Shown here one piece after another: positions 25,973 to 38,200 of a DNA stretch of 64,000 nucleotides. The stretch's first letter is position 1. Each line of letters starts with the position of its first letter. A program made the translations under genes and the position numbers. The notes under the pieces were generated by a model that saw only the letters and a list, made by a program, of their open reading frames with translations, was not told where the DNA came from and searched no databases. Source of the DNA: Octopus sinensis (lineage: Eukaryota); the NCBI RefSeq assembly GCF_006345805.1, contig NC_043004.1, forward strand, positions 64,542,001 through 64,606,000, given 5' to 3'.

Positions 25973-26923
25973 TGCAGTAAGTGCATCATTGTGTATATAC
26001 ATATGGATACACACTCACACGCTCACACATGCACAGCAGTGCTTGACACCTACACAAGCAGACTTGTGTATATGCATATCTACTTATATATACACATGTA
26101 TATACCTAAATATATATGTGTATGTATGTATATATATATATATATATATGTATGCATACATACACACCCATATATACACACACACATACATATACATACA
26201 TACACACACATGCACCACAGTGCTTGACACCTACACAAACACACTTGTATATATGCATATGTACTTATATATATATACATACACACGCACACATACATAT
26301 ACTCAAACACACATAAACATGCACACCCACACATCTATACCCACTACCATTTGTATGCATGCACATGCACACAAAAACATGCACATCTGTTCACACACAC
26401 ACATGCGCATGCACCACTCAACATAAATTAGTGTTCCTACCAAAGAAGTGTTTGCTTATTAAACCGTCATTTTTTTTTACTCGCATTAATCTCGGTGCAA
26501 TCTCTGATGGCACAGAACTGCAGCTGCACATTTCAAAATGCAGATGTTAGCAACGCAGCAGGTTAACTATGCACACTGTACCATTGGCTGCACACATTCC
26601 CTCATTCAGATATGTGCCATAATAATCAGCAGCAGCATCATCACCATCATCATCTCACCACCTTTTCCTTCTCATCATCTCTAGTACCATCACCGTCGTC
26701 GTTATAATCAATGACATTGCCCTCGTTATTATTAATAACATCGTTATATCATCACTATTATTGTCATATACGTATCATCATCTTCATCATTGTCGTCGTA
26801 CTTGTTTCATCATCATAGCATTGACCATTGTCATTAGCGGTCATCTTTAAACTGTGGTTATTGGCACTGACATGCACAAACATAATTTTCATCATCATCA
26901 TCATCATTATTACTGTCATCACT

Positions 26924-27140
26924 AAGGTAGTGAGCTGGCAGAATCGTTAGTATATCTGACTAAATGCTTAGCAGGATTTCAGCTGTTTTTCACATTCTGA
27001 GTTCAAATTTCGCCGAGGTCGACTTAGCCTTTCATCCTTTTGGGGTCAATAAAATAAGTACCAGTAATGCACTGGAGTCGATGTAATTGATTTACCCCTC
27101 GGCCGAAATTGCTGGCCCTGAGCCAAAATTTGAAATCATT
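26924..27140 (+). mobile_element. SINE family B
   Basis: GTGAGCTGGCAGAATCGTTAG...GAGTTCAAATTTCGCCGAGGTCGAC, with an (ATT)n tail. Confidence 0.85.
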
Positions 27141-27236
27141 ATTATTATTATTATCATTATTATTATTATTATTATTATTATCATCGCCATTGTGAGTGCC
27201 ATCAACATCAGTGTGATTGCCATGTGCGTGTGTATA

Positions 27237-27833
27237 TCTCTTATATAAAATCTATTCTGTCTGTCTGTCTGTGTGTGTAGCTTCTAGAATCTTGGACATC
27301 CTCCATCCGTTTGCACTCAAATTTGATATGTAGATACCGACGGTATCAGGGTGTGTATAAGTCTTGAAAAAATTACAAAAATCGATTCCAGGTGAGAATG
27401 CGATCAATAAAGCCGTAGGAAATCGGTTTTTTTTCGGAATAGAAGAAAAGTCTATCTATATTTCTTCTTTTGCTAGTGTCTCAAATTTAGGTTAAATCCG
27501 TGTTTCTCAAAGGGGAGGCCTATTTTGGTTTAAATGTTTGACAACTCAGCACCATCCATTGGAGCGGGGAGTGTTGTGAAAAAACAATAAGTATTTGCAA
27601 ACAGGTCTCCCTTCATCGAAAACCGGTGATTGCCGTACGCCGAAGACAGGCAAATACCTAGAAACTGCAGTCCGTGCATATCACTTAGGTTTTACGAGAG
27701 AGGGATGACCTCCCTTTGTAAATACCATAAGGCACAGAAAGTGTGCCTAAAGCCAGCTGGAGACGATGATCTCCTGGGGCTAAAAGCTACAGTAACACCC
27801 ACCCTTAGTGGTTAGCCATATTGAGATGGCTAG
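27237..27833 (+). mobile_element. Non-autonomous Helitron-like element
   Basis: 5' end A|TCTCTTTATATAAAA followed by (CTGT)n; 3' hairpin TAGCCAT-ATTGAG-ATGGCTA ending CTAG|T; no TSD. Confidence 0.55.
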
Positions 27834-27952
27834 TATACTTTACAATATATATATAGGTATACAGGAATTTTTCAGCACCCACCTCCCTCATACATACATG
27901 AATGTATGTATTTGTGTGTGTATGCATATATATATACACTCAATATAAAATA

Positions 27953-28244
27953 GTGTACGTTTAAACACAAGAGAAAACTACTTTTAACAGGGAATTTTTA
28001 CATGCTTGTGCTGGCCACTAGTAGGAAAATTTCTAAAAATATTCGCCATCCTATATTTTTTACGTATATATATATACATATATGTATGTATGTATATATA
28101 TATGTGCATGTATGTATGTATATATGTGTATATGTATATATATGTATATAACTATGTATATGTGTGTATGTATATATATATATATATATGTATGTATATA
28201 TGTATATATGTATATGTATGTATATATATGTGTATGTATGTATA

Positions 28245-28284
<40 letters not shown>

Positions 28285-28974
28285 GGCGCAGGTGTGGCTG
28301 TGTGGTAAGTAGCTTGCTAACCAACCACATGGTTCCGGGTTCAGTCCCACTGCGTGGCATCTTGGGCAAGTGTCTTCTGCTATAGCCCCAGGCCGACAAT
28401 GCCTTGTGAGTGGATTTGGTAGACGGAAACGGAAAGAAGCCCTGTCGTATATATGTGTATATATATATATGTGTGTGTGTGTGTGTGGTGTGTGTGTTTG
28501 TGTGTCTGGTTTGTCCCCTAGCATTGCTTGACAACCGATGCTGGTGTGTTTATGTCCCTGTCACTTAGTGGTTCGGCAAAAGAGACCGATAGAATAAGTA
28601 CTGGGCTTACAAAGAATAAGTCCCGGGGTCGATTTGCTTGACTAAAGGCGGTGCTCCAGCATGGCCGCAGTCAAATGACTGAAACAAGTAAAAGAGTAAA
28701 AGAAAAAGAGAGTATACATACATACACATATATATATACATATATACATACATACATATATATATACATACACACATATACATAGTTATATACATACATA
28801 TACATATATATATATATAGATACATACACATACATACATACATATATGATATATATATATATACGTAAAAAATATAGGATGGCGAATATTTTAGAAATTT
28901 CCCTACCAGTGGCCAGCACAAGCAGGTAAAAATTCCCTGTTAAAAGTAGTTTTCTCTTGTGTTTAAATGTATAC
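27953..28974. repeat. Fold-back: ~120-bp unique inverted arms, extended by mirrored microsatellite, around a SINE
   Basis: 27953-28070 is the reverse complement of 28855-28974 with a few differences. The inner TA/TG tracts are also mirrored (ATGTATATAACTATGTATATGTGTGTATG versus CATACACACATATACATAGTTATATACAT). Confidence 0.85.
28283..28714 (+). mobile_element. SINE family A, full length with CpGs retained
   Basis: TAGGCGCAGGTGTGGCTGTGTGG...GAAACAAGTAAAAGAGTAAAAG. Confidence 0.9.
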
Positions 28975-29750
28975 ATATATATATGTTTGTATATATATAT
29001 ATATGTATATATATATGTATGTATATCTATATATGTATGTTATATATATATGTATGTATATATATATGTATGTAATATATATGTATATATATATATATGT
29101 ATATTATATAATATATAGATATATATATATTTATATGGTATGTATATATATATGTATATGATATGTATATATATATATATGTATATGTATGTATGTATAT
29201 ATATAGTCTATGTATGTATATATATATATATGTATGTATGTATATATATATATGTATATGGTATGTATGTTATAAATATATATGTATTGTATGTATGTAT
29301 ATTATAATATATGTATATGTATGTATGTATATATATATATTATGTGTGTATGTATATGTATATATATATATATATGTATATATATGTATATGTATGTATA
29401 TATACATATATATATATATATGTATATGTATATATATATATGTATATTATGTATGTATTATATATATATATGTGTATGTATGTTATTATATATATGTATG
29501 TATCATGTATATATATGTATGTATATATATATATATATATATGTATTATTTAAGTAGACAAATGAATTATCTTATTACTGATAATTCGAAAGATAACCGC
29601 GACCTGGGTAAAACTCACAACAGAAAAGGCACGGTTGAATTACGACCATAGGGCATAAAATCGTGCCTTAGTGCGCAAATTGAAAGTTTTATATATTAAG
29701 TATAGGAAAGAATGGAGCTGAACGAAGATTTAACAAAATTCCTTTATTTT

Positions 29751-29836
29751 ATTTTCGACATATGTTTCGAAGTCTGCAAAGTCCCTAATTCCGAGTGACT
29801 AAGGAGTCCATTATGCAGCTTTCTCTTCAGGAAAAT
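29751..29836 (-). ncRNA. Type I hammerhead ribozyme with extended stem II
   Basis: Minus strand: ATTTTC-CTGAAGA-[55-nt stem II, GAAAGCTGCA...TGCAGACTTC]-GAAAC-ATAT-GTC-GAAAAT. It has a perfect 6-bp stem I, a canonical core, a GUC triplet and the palindromic stem III ACATATGT. Confidence 0.85.
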
Positions 29837-29896
29837 CCAGGAACTTAATTCCCCAACAAAATGCACAACAAGCTTTTCGACGACTGCTCACGAGGA

Positions 29897-30882
29897 AAAG
29901 AACAGGAAAAACTATATCTGGTTTGTGATTCCCTTTGGTAAACAAATCAGATCTAACCTACCGTTGCAGTTTTGCCAAGCCATTGCCAGAAATTTTCCCA
30001 GTAATTCGAGATCTTACTCCACTATAAATTTGCACAAAGTAAGGATAGCTTTCTCAAATACTAAAAATCTTTCACAGATAATTGCCTCCCATAACAATAA
30101 GCTACTAAATAAGGCCCTGTCACCCATGACCAGAGACTCTGCCCCGTTAAAATTCCAACATAACATATAGTAATAAAATAATAATAGAAGTAGCACAGAT
30201 ATTAGCAGCCTTTTATTCCAGCATGGCGTTAGTAATAGTATAAGGATAAGAGCATGACCTCGTTATTAATAGAGGGAGTCTCAACAATAATATTAGCAGC
30301 GGTTTTTAACAACAGTAGTTTACGGCATTATCAATCACAGCATCCCAGGAACAGGGAATATGCAGGTGATATTGCCTTAAATAGTAATGAGAATGGGGTG
30401 AATAGTATCGAATCCAGCGGTAGTTTTACAACCATCATAGTAATAAGAACGCTGTATTAGTATCGGAAAATAATCCCAATAGAATAAGGTCTTATCCAAT
30501 AACTCCAAATTAGAAACGCCATTACCAGTGCAGAGTTTATGCTGGATCCGATGTCTTCCTCTATATCGGCGCTACTCATCTAAATTAGCCACAAGCAATA
30601 TCGAACCATTTTTCCACGTTTAGGGATAAAAAGAACAACACTCTACTGGCTAAGCAAATTAGTCTGGCGTTTGAAGAACGCGAATTCAACTTTTAGGCTG
30701 GAATGGTCAATATTATTGGTGTTTTACTGTTGATAAGGGCACAAAACACTGTGCCCTATGTAATTCCGAACTCTTTCATATTCTATTTGCCCGAGGCCGA
30801 CTAATAAACTCGATTGTGGAGAGTTCTTTCAGATGCCCACACTGGAAAAAGCATACCTTTTTCTCATACCAATGAAGTCTAA
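29897..30882 (+). pseudogene. Disrupted PLE ORF: post-RT linker and GIY-YIG endonuclease
   Basis: The fragments read KNRKNYIWFVIPFGKQIRSNLP..F...I.RNFP...KVRIAFSNTKNLSQIIASHNNKLL, YQCRVYAGSDVFLYIGAT, VWRLKNANSTFRLEWSI and KHCALCNSELFHILF..GRLINS..E..FRCPHWKK, with frameshifts and stops. Confidence 0.8.
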
Positions 30883-31444
30883 TATAGATAACCCCTGGAC
30901 TTCCTAAAAAAATTTGAAAGGTGATACCTCATCCCTGTTAGTATAAAAAACTTTCTCATAGTTGCCAAGAACTACTACCAATCCCAACAGTAACCTTGTA
31001 TCTTGTCATTGCTATTGTGGCCACCCTCTCCCTATTAAGTTGTCACATTCAAACACACAGACACAGTCTTTTTAGTTCTTGACCGTTAATTCTTGCTATC
31101 TCACTGTCTCTCTGCATTCCACACACACTTTCACTCATTCAAAGACGCACACACACATACATTAAGGCAATTTTACACACTCATACATTTGAGCACTCAT
31201 TCATAAAATAAATCAAATATAAACACCAGTCATACAAATACAATCCATACTCTTTAATTATACTATACCTTCCTTCTACTACCTTGATTCTCCCTTGAAC
31301 TATTTCAACGGACAATTCTTTGCTTTCATCCAATCTGGCGTCAAACCCCTATAAATAGACATTTTTTATCATTATTTTTATGGGCTCCTCGTGAGCAGTC
31401 GTCGAAAAGCTTGTTGTGCATTTGCTGGAGAATTAAGTTCCTGG

Positions 31445-31529
31445 ATTTTCTGAAGAGAAAGCTGCATAATGGACTCCTTATTCACTCGGAATTAGGGACT
31501 TTGCAGACTTCGAAACATATGTCGAAAAT
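31445..31529 (+). ncRNA. Type I hammerhead ribozyme with extended stem II (second copy)
   Basis: ATTTT-CTGAAGA (31450-31456)-55-nt stem II-GAAAC (31512-31516)-ATAT-GTC (31521-31523)-GAAAAT. One C is missing before the core relative to the left copy. Confidence 0.8.
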
Positions 31530-31823
31530 AAAATAAAGGATTTTGTTAAATCTTCGTTCCGCTCCATTCTTTCCTATACTTAATATATATATTATGTATG
31601 TATATTTATATGTATATATATATGTATGTATATTATATGTATATATATACATGTACATATACATAATACATACATACATATACATATATATACATAATAT
31701 ATATATGTATATTATATATATATATTTATATATATATATATGTATATGTATGCATATATGTATATATATGTGTATATGTGCATATATAGATGCATACATA
31801 TATGCATATATATATATGCATAC

Positions 31824-31859
<36 letters not shown>

Positions 31860-32864
31860 ATATATGCATATGTGTATGTATTATACACACATATACATTT
31901 ACACATTGACAATTATCAGCAGTTATTGACATATTCCAACTTTCTGCATCCAGTTTCTGCATGCATATATGCATAACATGGCTTGTACAGTTTTCTTCAC
32001 CCACGAAGATGACACCATTAACCATGTGACACTGGATGCATAATTATTTATTTAGATACAGCTGTCAACTCTGGTATTCATAGTCTTGCATAAATGTAGT
32101 GTAGAAGATGCTTAGTTGCCATGGTTACATTGTAGAGTTCAGCATTCTGGAACATTGCCATATTTGAAGCCTGGTTTGCTGTAGATTCTCTGACTAACAG
32201 ACAAATTGAGAATTGTGTAATAGTCAATAGATATGAAAACATGTGTGTAAGTGTGTGCATATATGTGGTGTGTGTGTGTGTGTGTGTGCACATGCATTCA
32301 TACATACATACACATATGTATCTACACAATGTTTAGTTCAATAATGTTTCATGTATGCAAATACACTGTCACACTAATAGTGACAATGCTTGTGTATATA
32401 TGTATGTATGTAGGTTTGTGTATAAACACACACACATCCTGCCTGTAAATGCTACCCTCAAGACCACATAACCATTGCAAAACCCCAGTTTCAGACCCAT
32501 TATTTTATATACATGCAAATTTTTGTCTGCTCACACACACACACACACACACACTCGCTCACACACAAGCACATGCACAATAGATATATATATATATATA
32601 TATGTATGTATGAGACAGAGAGTTAGATATAGATGAGGTCAAACCACATGTATTTCACAGGGTACATAGCAATGTATTTTTCACTAAAATGCACAATAAG
32701 TGTCAATAGAAATTGAATTATATGGGGCTATGATATTAAGTCCATACCATGAAATAATTCATGCAAAGTGTCAACTTCTTACATATGTTATAAAGAATAT
32801 ATGGATGATCATACCTTATAACAAGTCATATATATATATATATGTACATATGTTTATGTATACA

Positions 32865-33090
32865 TCATCATTTAGCATCTTTTTTGCATGCTGGCATTGG
32901 TTAGACAGTTCAATGGGAATCAGCAAGATAAGTGTCCCAAGCTCCAATGAATACTTTGGTTTGGTTTTTACAGCTGGACACCCTTCCTCGTGCCAACCAC
33001 TTCACAGTGTGTTCTGCATGCTTTCTTTTTTCATGGCACCAGCACTAGAGGTGTCACCAAGTACTTGGAAGACAAGACCACTTGGTTGAA
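32865..33090 (-). mobile_element. Degenerate family C retroposon
   Basis: CATCATCATTTAGCATC...CATGCTGGCAT...CAGCTGGACACCCTTCC..GCCAACCAC. Confidence 0.6.
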
Positions 33091-34062
33091 TGGAGTATTA
33101 AAGATGATAAAAGTATGGTAGGGGAGCGGGAAGAAGGTAGCTTGCTGAGCAGGAGATAGATGGCTACCCAGCTGGAAAGAGAGAGAGAGATGGTGAAGGA
33201 TACCCTCAAGGTACAAGAGAATGTATAGGGTTAGAGAAACAGAGAGAGTGAGGGGTGGGTAGGCAATGGCAATGTTCTCATATTTATGTGTTGTTTTTTC
33301 TATTGTTGGGTGAGGGATTAGGGTAGTGTAACCGATTCCCCAAGACATAATGAGAGAGAGAAGAGAAGAATCAATCCTGCATTGCAACGCTAGATTGGTA
33401 CTTTAGGTTATTGACGCTGGAAGGATGAAAGACAAAGTTGACCTCAGTGGAATTTGAGTGCAAAGAACCAGAACATGTTTGTATGTGTGTGTGTGTGTTT
33501 ATATATATATTAATAAATGAAATAAAACATATGCATATATAGAAACATATATGTACGTACCTACCTCTACATGTACATATACACGCATATATGAGTACAG
33601 GACACCAAAGGGACGTCGAACACAAAGAGAAACGAAAACATAGACACAAACCCAAGGAACTGGACATTTTTTTAAAAACAACAAAAAATGGAGTACAGGA
33701 CAATTAACACAAAGAAAAAAACCCTTCTTCAGTCACTATGGTTTCATCTACTCTACCCACACACACATGCACATACACTCTCATCAACCTGCATATATAC
33801 ATGCAAATGCACAACTATGTGCATATATTTACATGTATTATGAACACACATGTCCATATATGTGTGTGTATGTTATGCCTATGTGTATAAATTGTGTGAG
33901 TGTGTGTGTGTATATATATATATATGAGAGAGAGAAAGTAGAACACAGAAATACACATGTTTACATGCATATGCACATGTGCCTAATTCAAAATCTATAG
34001 GCACTATCATTATATATGCATATATATACACACATGTGCATGCACTCACACACACACACACA

Positions 34063-34093
<31 letters not shown>

Positions 34094-34222
34094 TGAAAGC
34101 TGAGAAATTTAATTAAGGTAGCATTTCATGTCGTAACCAAATAAAGCGTAATTTGAAGGAATTCCAACTTCGAAGAACTAAAAATGAGGGTGAGATGAGA
34201 GAGAAAGAAAGACAGGGAAAGG

Positions 34223-34286
<64 letters not shown>

Positions 34287-34969
34287 CTCTTATTGTTATT
34301 AATTTTTGTTTCATTAGTATCGCAGTTTCTTCTATGTATTTATTTTTTTGTTCTTTCTTTGTGTTTGCTGTCTGTATTTGGTTTCCATGGTAGCATATTT
34401 CTCCGTCCATGTTTGGAAAATTCCTCTAGAACAGCTTCTGCTCTGCCAATATTATGATTCTGTAATCATGAGATTGTGGTCGGTGGATATCGTCTGGAAA
34501 AACGGTTAACACATTTCGATGGCAGCAGTTTAGCCATGCCATATGGCTTCAAGAGCTTCAACTGTTGGATTTTACCATTTTTCTTTTCTTTTTGCCTCTT
34601 TTTGTTCCTTTTATATTCTTATTTTGTTCAGATTCCTCAGATTCTTGTTTTGTCAGGAAAAAATTTATTGATTTCTTTTTGTCATTTTCCTTTCCATTGT
34701 TATTTGTTGTTTGGAAAATTTCCTTAGAATATATTATGTTGTGTGTGTTTGTTTTTTATTGTTGTTTACTTTGTGTGTTGTTGTTGTTTTACTACTTAGC
34801 AGTTATTGATAGGTTAATACTCATGTTTAGTATGGTTTAATATATTTACCTCTGTCTACTTACCTCTGCATGCATTTGCATGTGTACATATGTGTATATA
34901 TGAATGTATGTATATATTCATATATATGTGTGGATGTGTGTCTATGTATATATATATATATATATATAT

Positions 34970-35052
34970 GCAGCCATCTGGTTCGCCAGACCTCAGTCAA
35001 ATCATCCAACCCATGCTAGCATGGAAAGCGGATGTTAAACAATGATGATGAT
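34970..35052 (+). mobile_element. Family C 3' tail fragment
   Basis: CCAACCCATGCTAGCATGGAAAGCGGATGTTAAACAATGATGATGAT. Confidence 0.75.
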
Positions 35053-35089
35053 ACACACACACACATTTGCATATATGTGTATATGTGAG

Positions 35090-35120
<31 letters not shown>

Positions 35121-35261
35121 ATATGTTAATATATATATATGTGTATATATGTAAATATGTGTATATGTGTGTATACATGTATGTATATATATACATGTAT
35201 ATATCACCAACCATTGTATCCTTACATCTTTTGATTGTATATATAACTGTATTTTTTTGTG

Positions 35262-38200
35262 TGTCAGGTCACTTTCGAGTGCTACTGGTAACATGTAACC
35301 CAGAACAACCTGTTGCATGGTCGGGTCGTCGGCGACTAAACCGGTAACCCCACCAAGCTTATTGGACACCCTGCGGGATAAAAAACAAAACCCGTCAAAG
35401 GGCGGAGGAACTCCTGAGAGTCAACAGCCATCCAATAAATGTGTTTCTTTTCTTTTTTTTCTTTCTTAAGGCTTAAGGCTGAATCATGTGCGGGGACATA
35501 GAAATAACCGGACTGAATACCCGATCGCATGGTTAAGCCATTGGGAGTGAAGGACCCCCAGCCTTTGTTAGGGCTTCCTTCTAGGAGAAGGTAACTCAGG
35601 TAACTGGGATAACTCCGACATAAAACCTGCAGCTCAGTGGTTACCAATGATGTTGACTTGTTCTTCTTTTCGGATTATGGCTGCTGTTGCATAGTGAGTG
35701 GGATTGACTCAGTGCACAGCCTTTCCTCACTTTAAAAAAAATCTTTTTGCACAGGTATTGCATGATAACTACATTGGATTGATTAAAGTGATTAACTAAT
35801 TCATGACTGTTGATAGTGCTGTGAGTCTCAACTGAACGGCTGGCTGTAGCCTTAAAAAGCAAAAATCAATGATTTACCAAAACAGTATAAAAATAAATGG
35901 CAGTAAGGACTCTGGAACCACATCAGCTGAAAGAGTCTGGCCCGGCAGGGGCTCCAGAGCATCACAGTCTGAACCCGGCCGTCATCATGCTACTGTGATA
36001 GAATCAAAGAAAATAATGAATATTGGTGTTGGAATGTACGGACACTGCTTGACCGCAAGTCCTCTGAATGTCCTGAAAGAAGGACTGCGCTTGTTGCGAA
36101 GGAGCTTCAACACTATGATCTTTACACCGTTGCTTTATCTGAGACGAGATTACCTGGAGATGGTAATCTTACAGAATCTTGGGAAATATACATTCTTTTG
36201 GAAAGGGAGAGATGAAGAGCTTAGAGGAGAAGCTGGAGTGGCATTTGCTGTTAAGACTACTCTTGTGGACAGGTTGGAAGAATTCCCAATCGGAATTAAC
36301 GAGCGTCTTATGTCCATGAGAATTCCTTTAGCTAAAGGAAATTATATGACCTTGGTGAGTGTGTATGCTCCAACTATGTTCTATACTAATCCCGGGCAGA
36401 CAAAGTCATCGTACTGGGTGACTTTAATGCTAGAGTGGGTAGGGATTTTAACGTGGACTGTAATTGGAAAGCATCGGGTGGGGAAGTGTAATAGTAATGG
36501 CATAGTAATGGCTGCAGATGTGTGAGGAGCTGAGTCTGTGTGTTACCAATACCGTGTTTCAACAAAAGAATAATCTTAAGACTACATGGATGCACCCTGC
36601 ATCTAAAGAATGGCATATTCTGGATTACATCCTAGTTAGGGTGCGTGACAGACAGGATGTGCAGTGTGTTCGTGTTCTTCGTGGAGCTGAGTGTTGGACT
36701 GACCACCGCCTAGTACGTGCAAAAGTGAAATTAGTCACAAAACATAAAATCCGAGCTGCAGAGATGACCCTGCCTAAAAGACTGAATGTTGATCGTCGTA
36801 GGTATAATAGTGTGAAGAGAACTTTACGAGAGGAAATGAATGCTGGAAATATTGGGGAGGATTGGCCGACCCTTAAAAAGTCAGTTTATGATATAGGCAA
36901 GAAAGTTCTGGGATTGATACAAAGAAAGCATCAAGATTGGTTCAAGGAAAATGATGAACATATAGATGATTTATTGGCTGATAAAAGACGTACTTTGTCA
37001 CGCTATTTGTCAGCAAAGTCACAGGAAAGAGAAGTGTTGCATAGGGACTCAGGACGTAAAATCACGTGTGAGGCAAAAGCTCTCTCAGATGAGGGGAAGT
37101 GGTGGAGTAAGAAGGCTGACAAGATACAGGCGGCATCAGATTCCAATAACACAAAGCTGTTGTATGGTCTCTTGCGAGAAGTTTATGGACCGACGTCTTC
37201 CCTGATGACACCAATTCAAAGCAGGGATGGTAAAGAACTTCTTCGTGATTCATAAGGAATTCTGCGAAGGTGGCAAGAACACTTTGATGAACTTTTGAAT
37301 GAGCAGTCTGTAGTTAGTGAGGATGTTCTCAATCTCATCCCTGGATTGCCTGTGAAGGCAGCACTCGCAGAACCACAGAGTTGGAAGAAGTTACAATGGC
37401 TGTCTCAAGGTTGAATAATGGGAAGTCTTCGGGTATGGATGGCATACATGCGGAGTTGTTACAGCATGGTGGTGAGAAAATTCTGCAGAAACTTCACTCT
37501 TTGTTTGGTAAGGTATGGACTAGTGAATCTGTACCTGAGGACTGGAGAGATGCAGTAATGGTGGTCCTGTATAAGGGAAAGGGCAACAGGAATGATTGTG
37601 GTAATTATAGGGAAGTATCATTGCTGTCTGCTGTAGGAAAGGTTTTATGCAGGATACTCCTGGATCGTCTGCTGAAATACATTGCAGATTGTGTACTTCC
37701 AGAAAGTCAATCTGGCTTTCGTGTGGGACGTGGCACTGCTGATATGATTTTTTCAGCTAGACAGCTTCAGGAAAAGTGTGTGAACAGGGTCTGAATTTGT
37801 ATCAGGTGTTTGTCGATCTGACAAAAGCCTTTGATACCGTCAATAGAAAAGCATTGTGGAAAGTCCTCTGGAAACTTGGGTGTCCTGAAAAGTTCCTTGC
37901 TTTGGTTAGGTCTTTTCATGAAGACATGAATGGTTGGGTGAATGTTAGAGGGAAGATGTCGGAGCCCATTTTAATACAAAACGGAGTGAAACAGAGGGAT
38001 ATTCTGGCACCGACCCTATTTTCCATATATTTCGCGATGGTGTTCTGTATTGCATTCAGAGACTGCAGATACGGTGTTTACGTCCATTATCAAACCTCTG
38101 GCAGCATATTTAATATCAGGCGCCTTGCTGCAAAAACAAAGATATTTACCTCTATCATAAGAGACCTTTTGTATGCTGATGATTGTGAGCTAGTAGCGCA

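Larger units (their letters stand above)
29570..31588 (+). mobile_element. 5'-truncated Penelope-like element with inverted pseudo-LTRs, each carrying a hammerhead ribozyme
   Basis: Inverted arms at 29691-29896 and 31386-31588 (about 7 differences by eye), an internal PLE ORF remnant, and TA tracts on both sides. Confidence 0.85.

Noticed and set aside
35530-35600. Alternative HDV-like fold using the CCTTCT-AGG-AGAAGG hairpin as P4
   Set aside because: There is a T where the catalytic C would be, no P1.1 partner, and no convincing P3.
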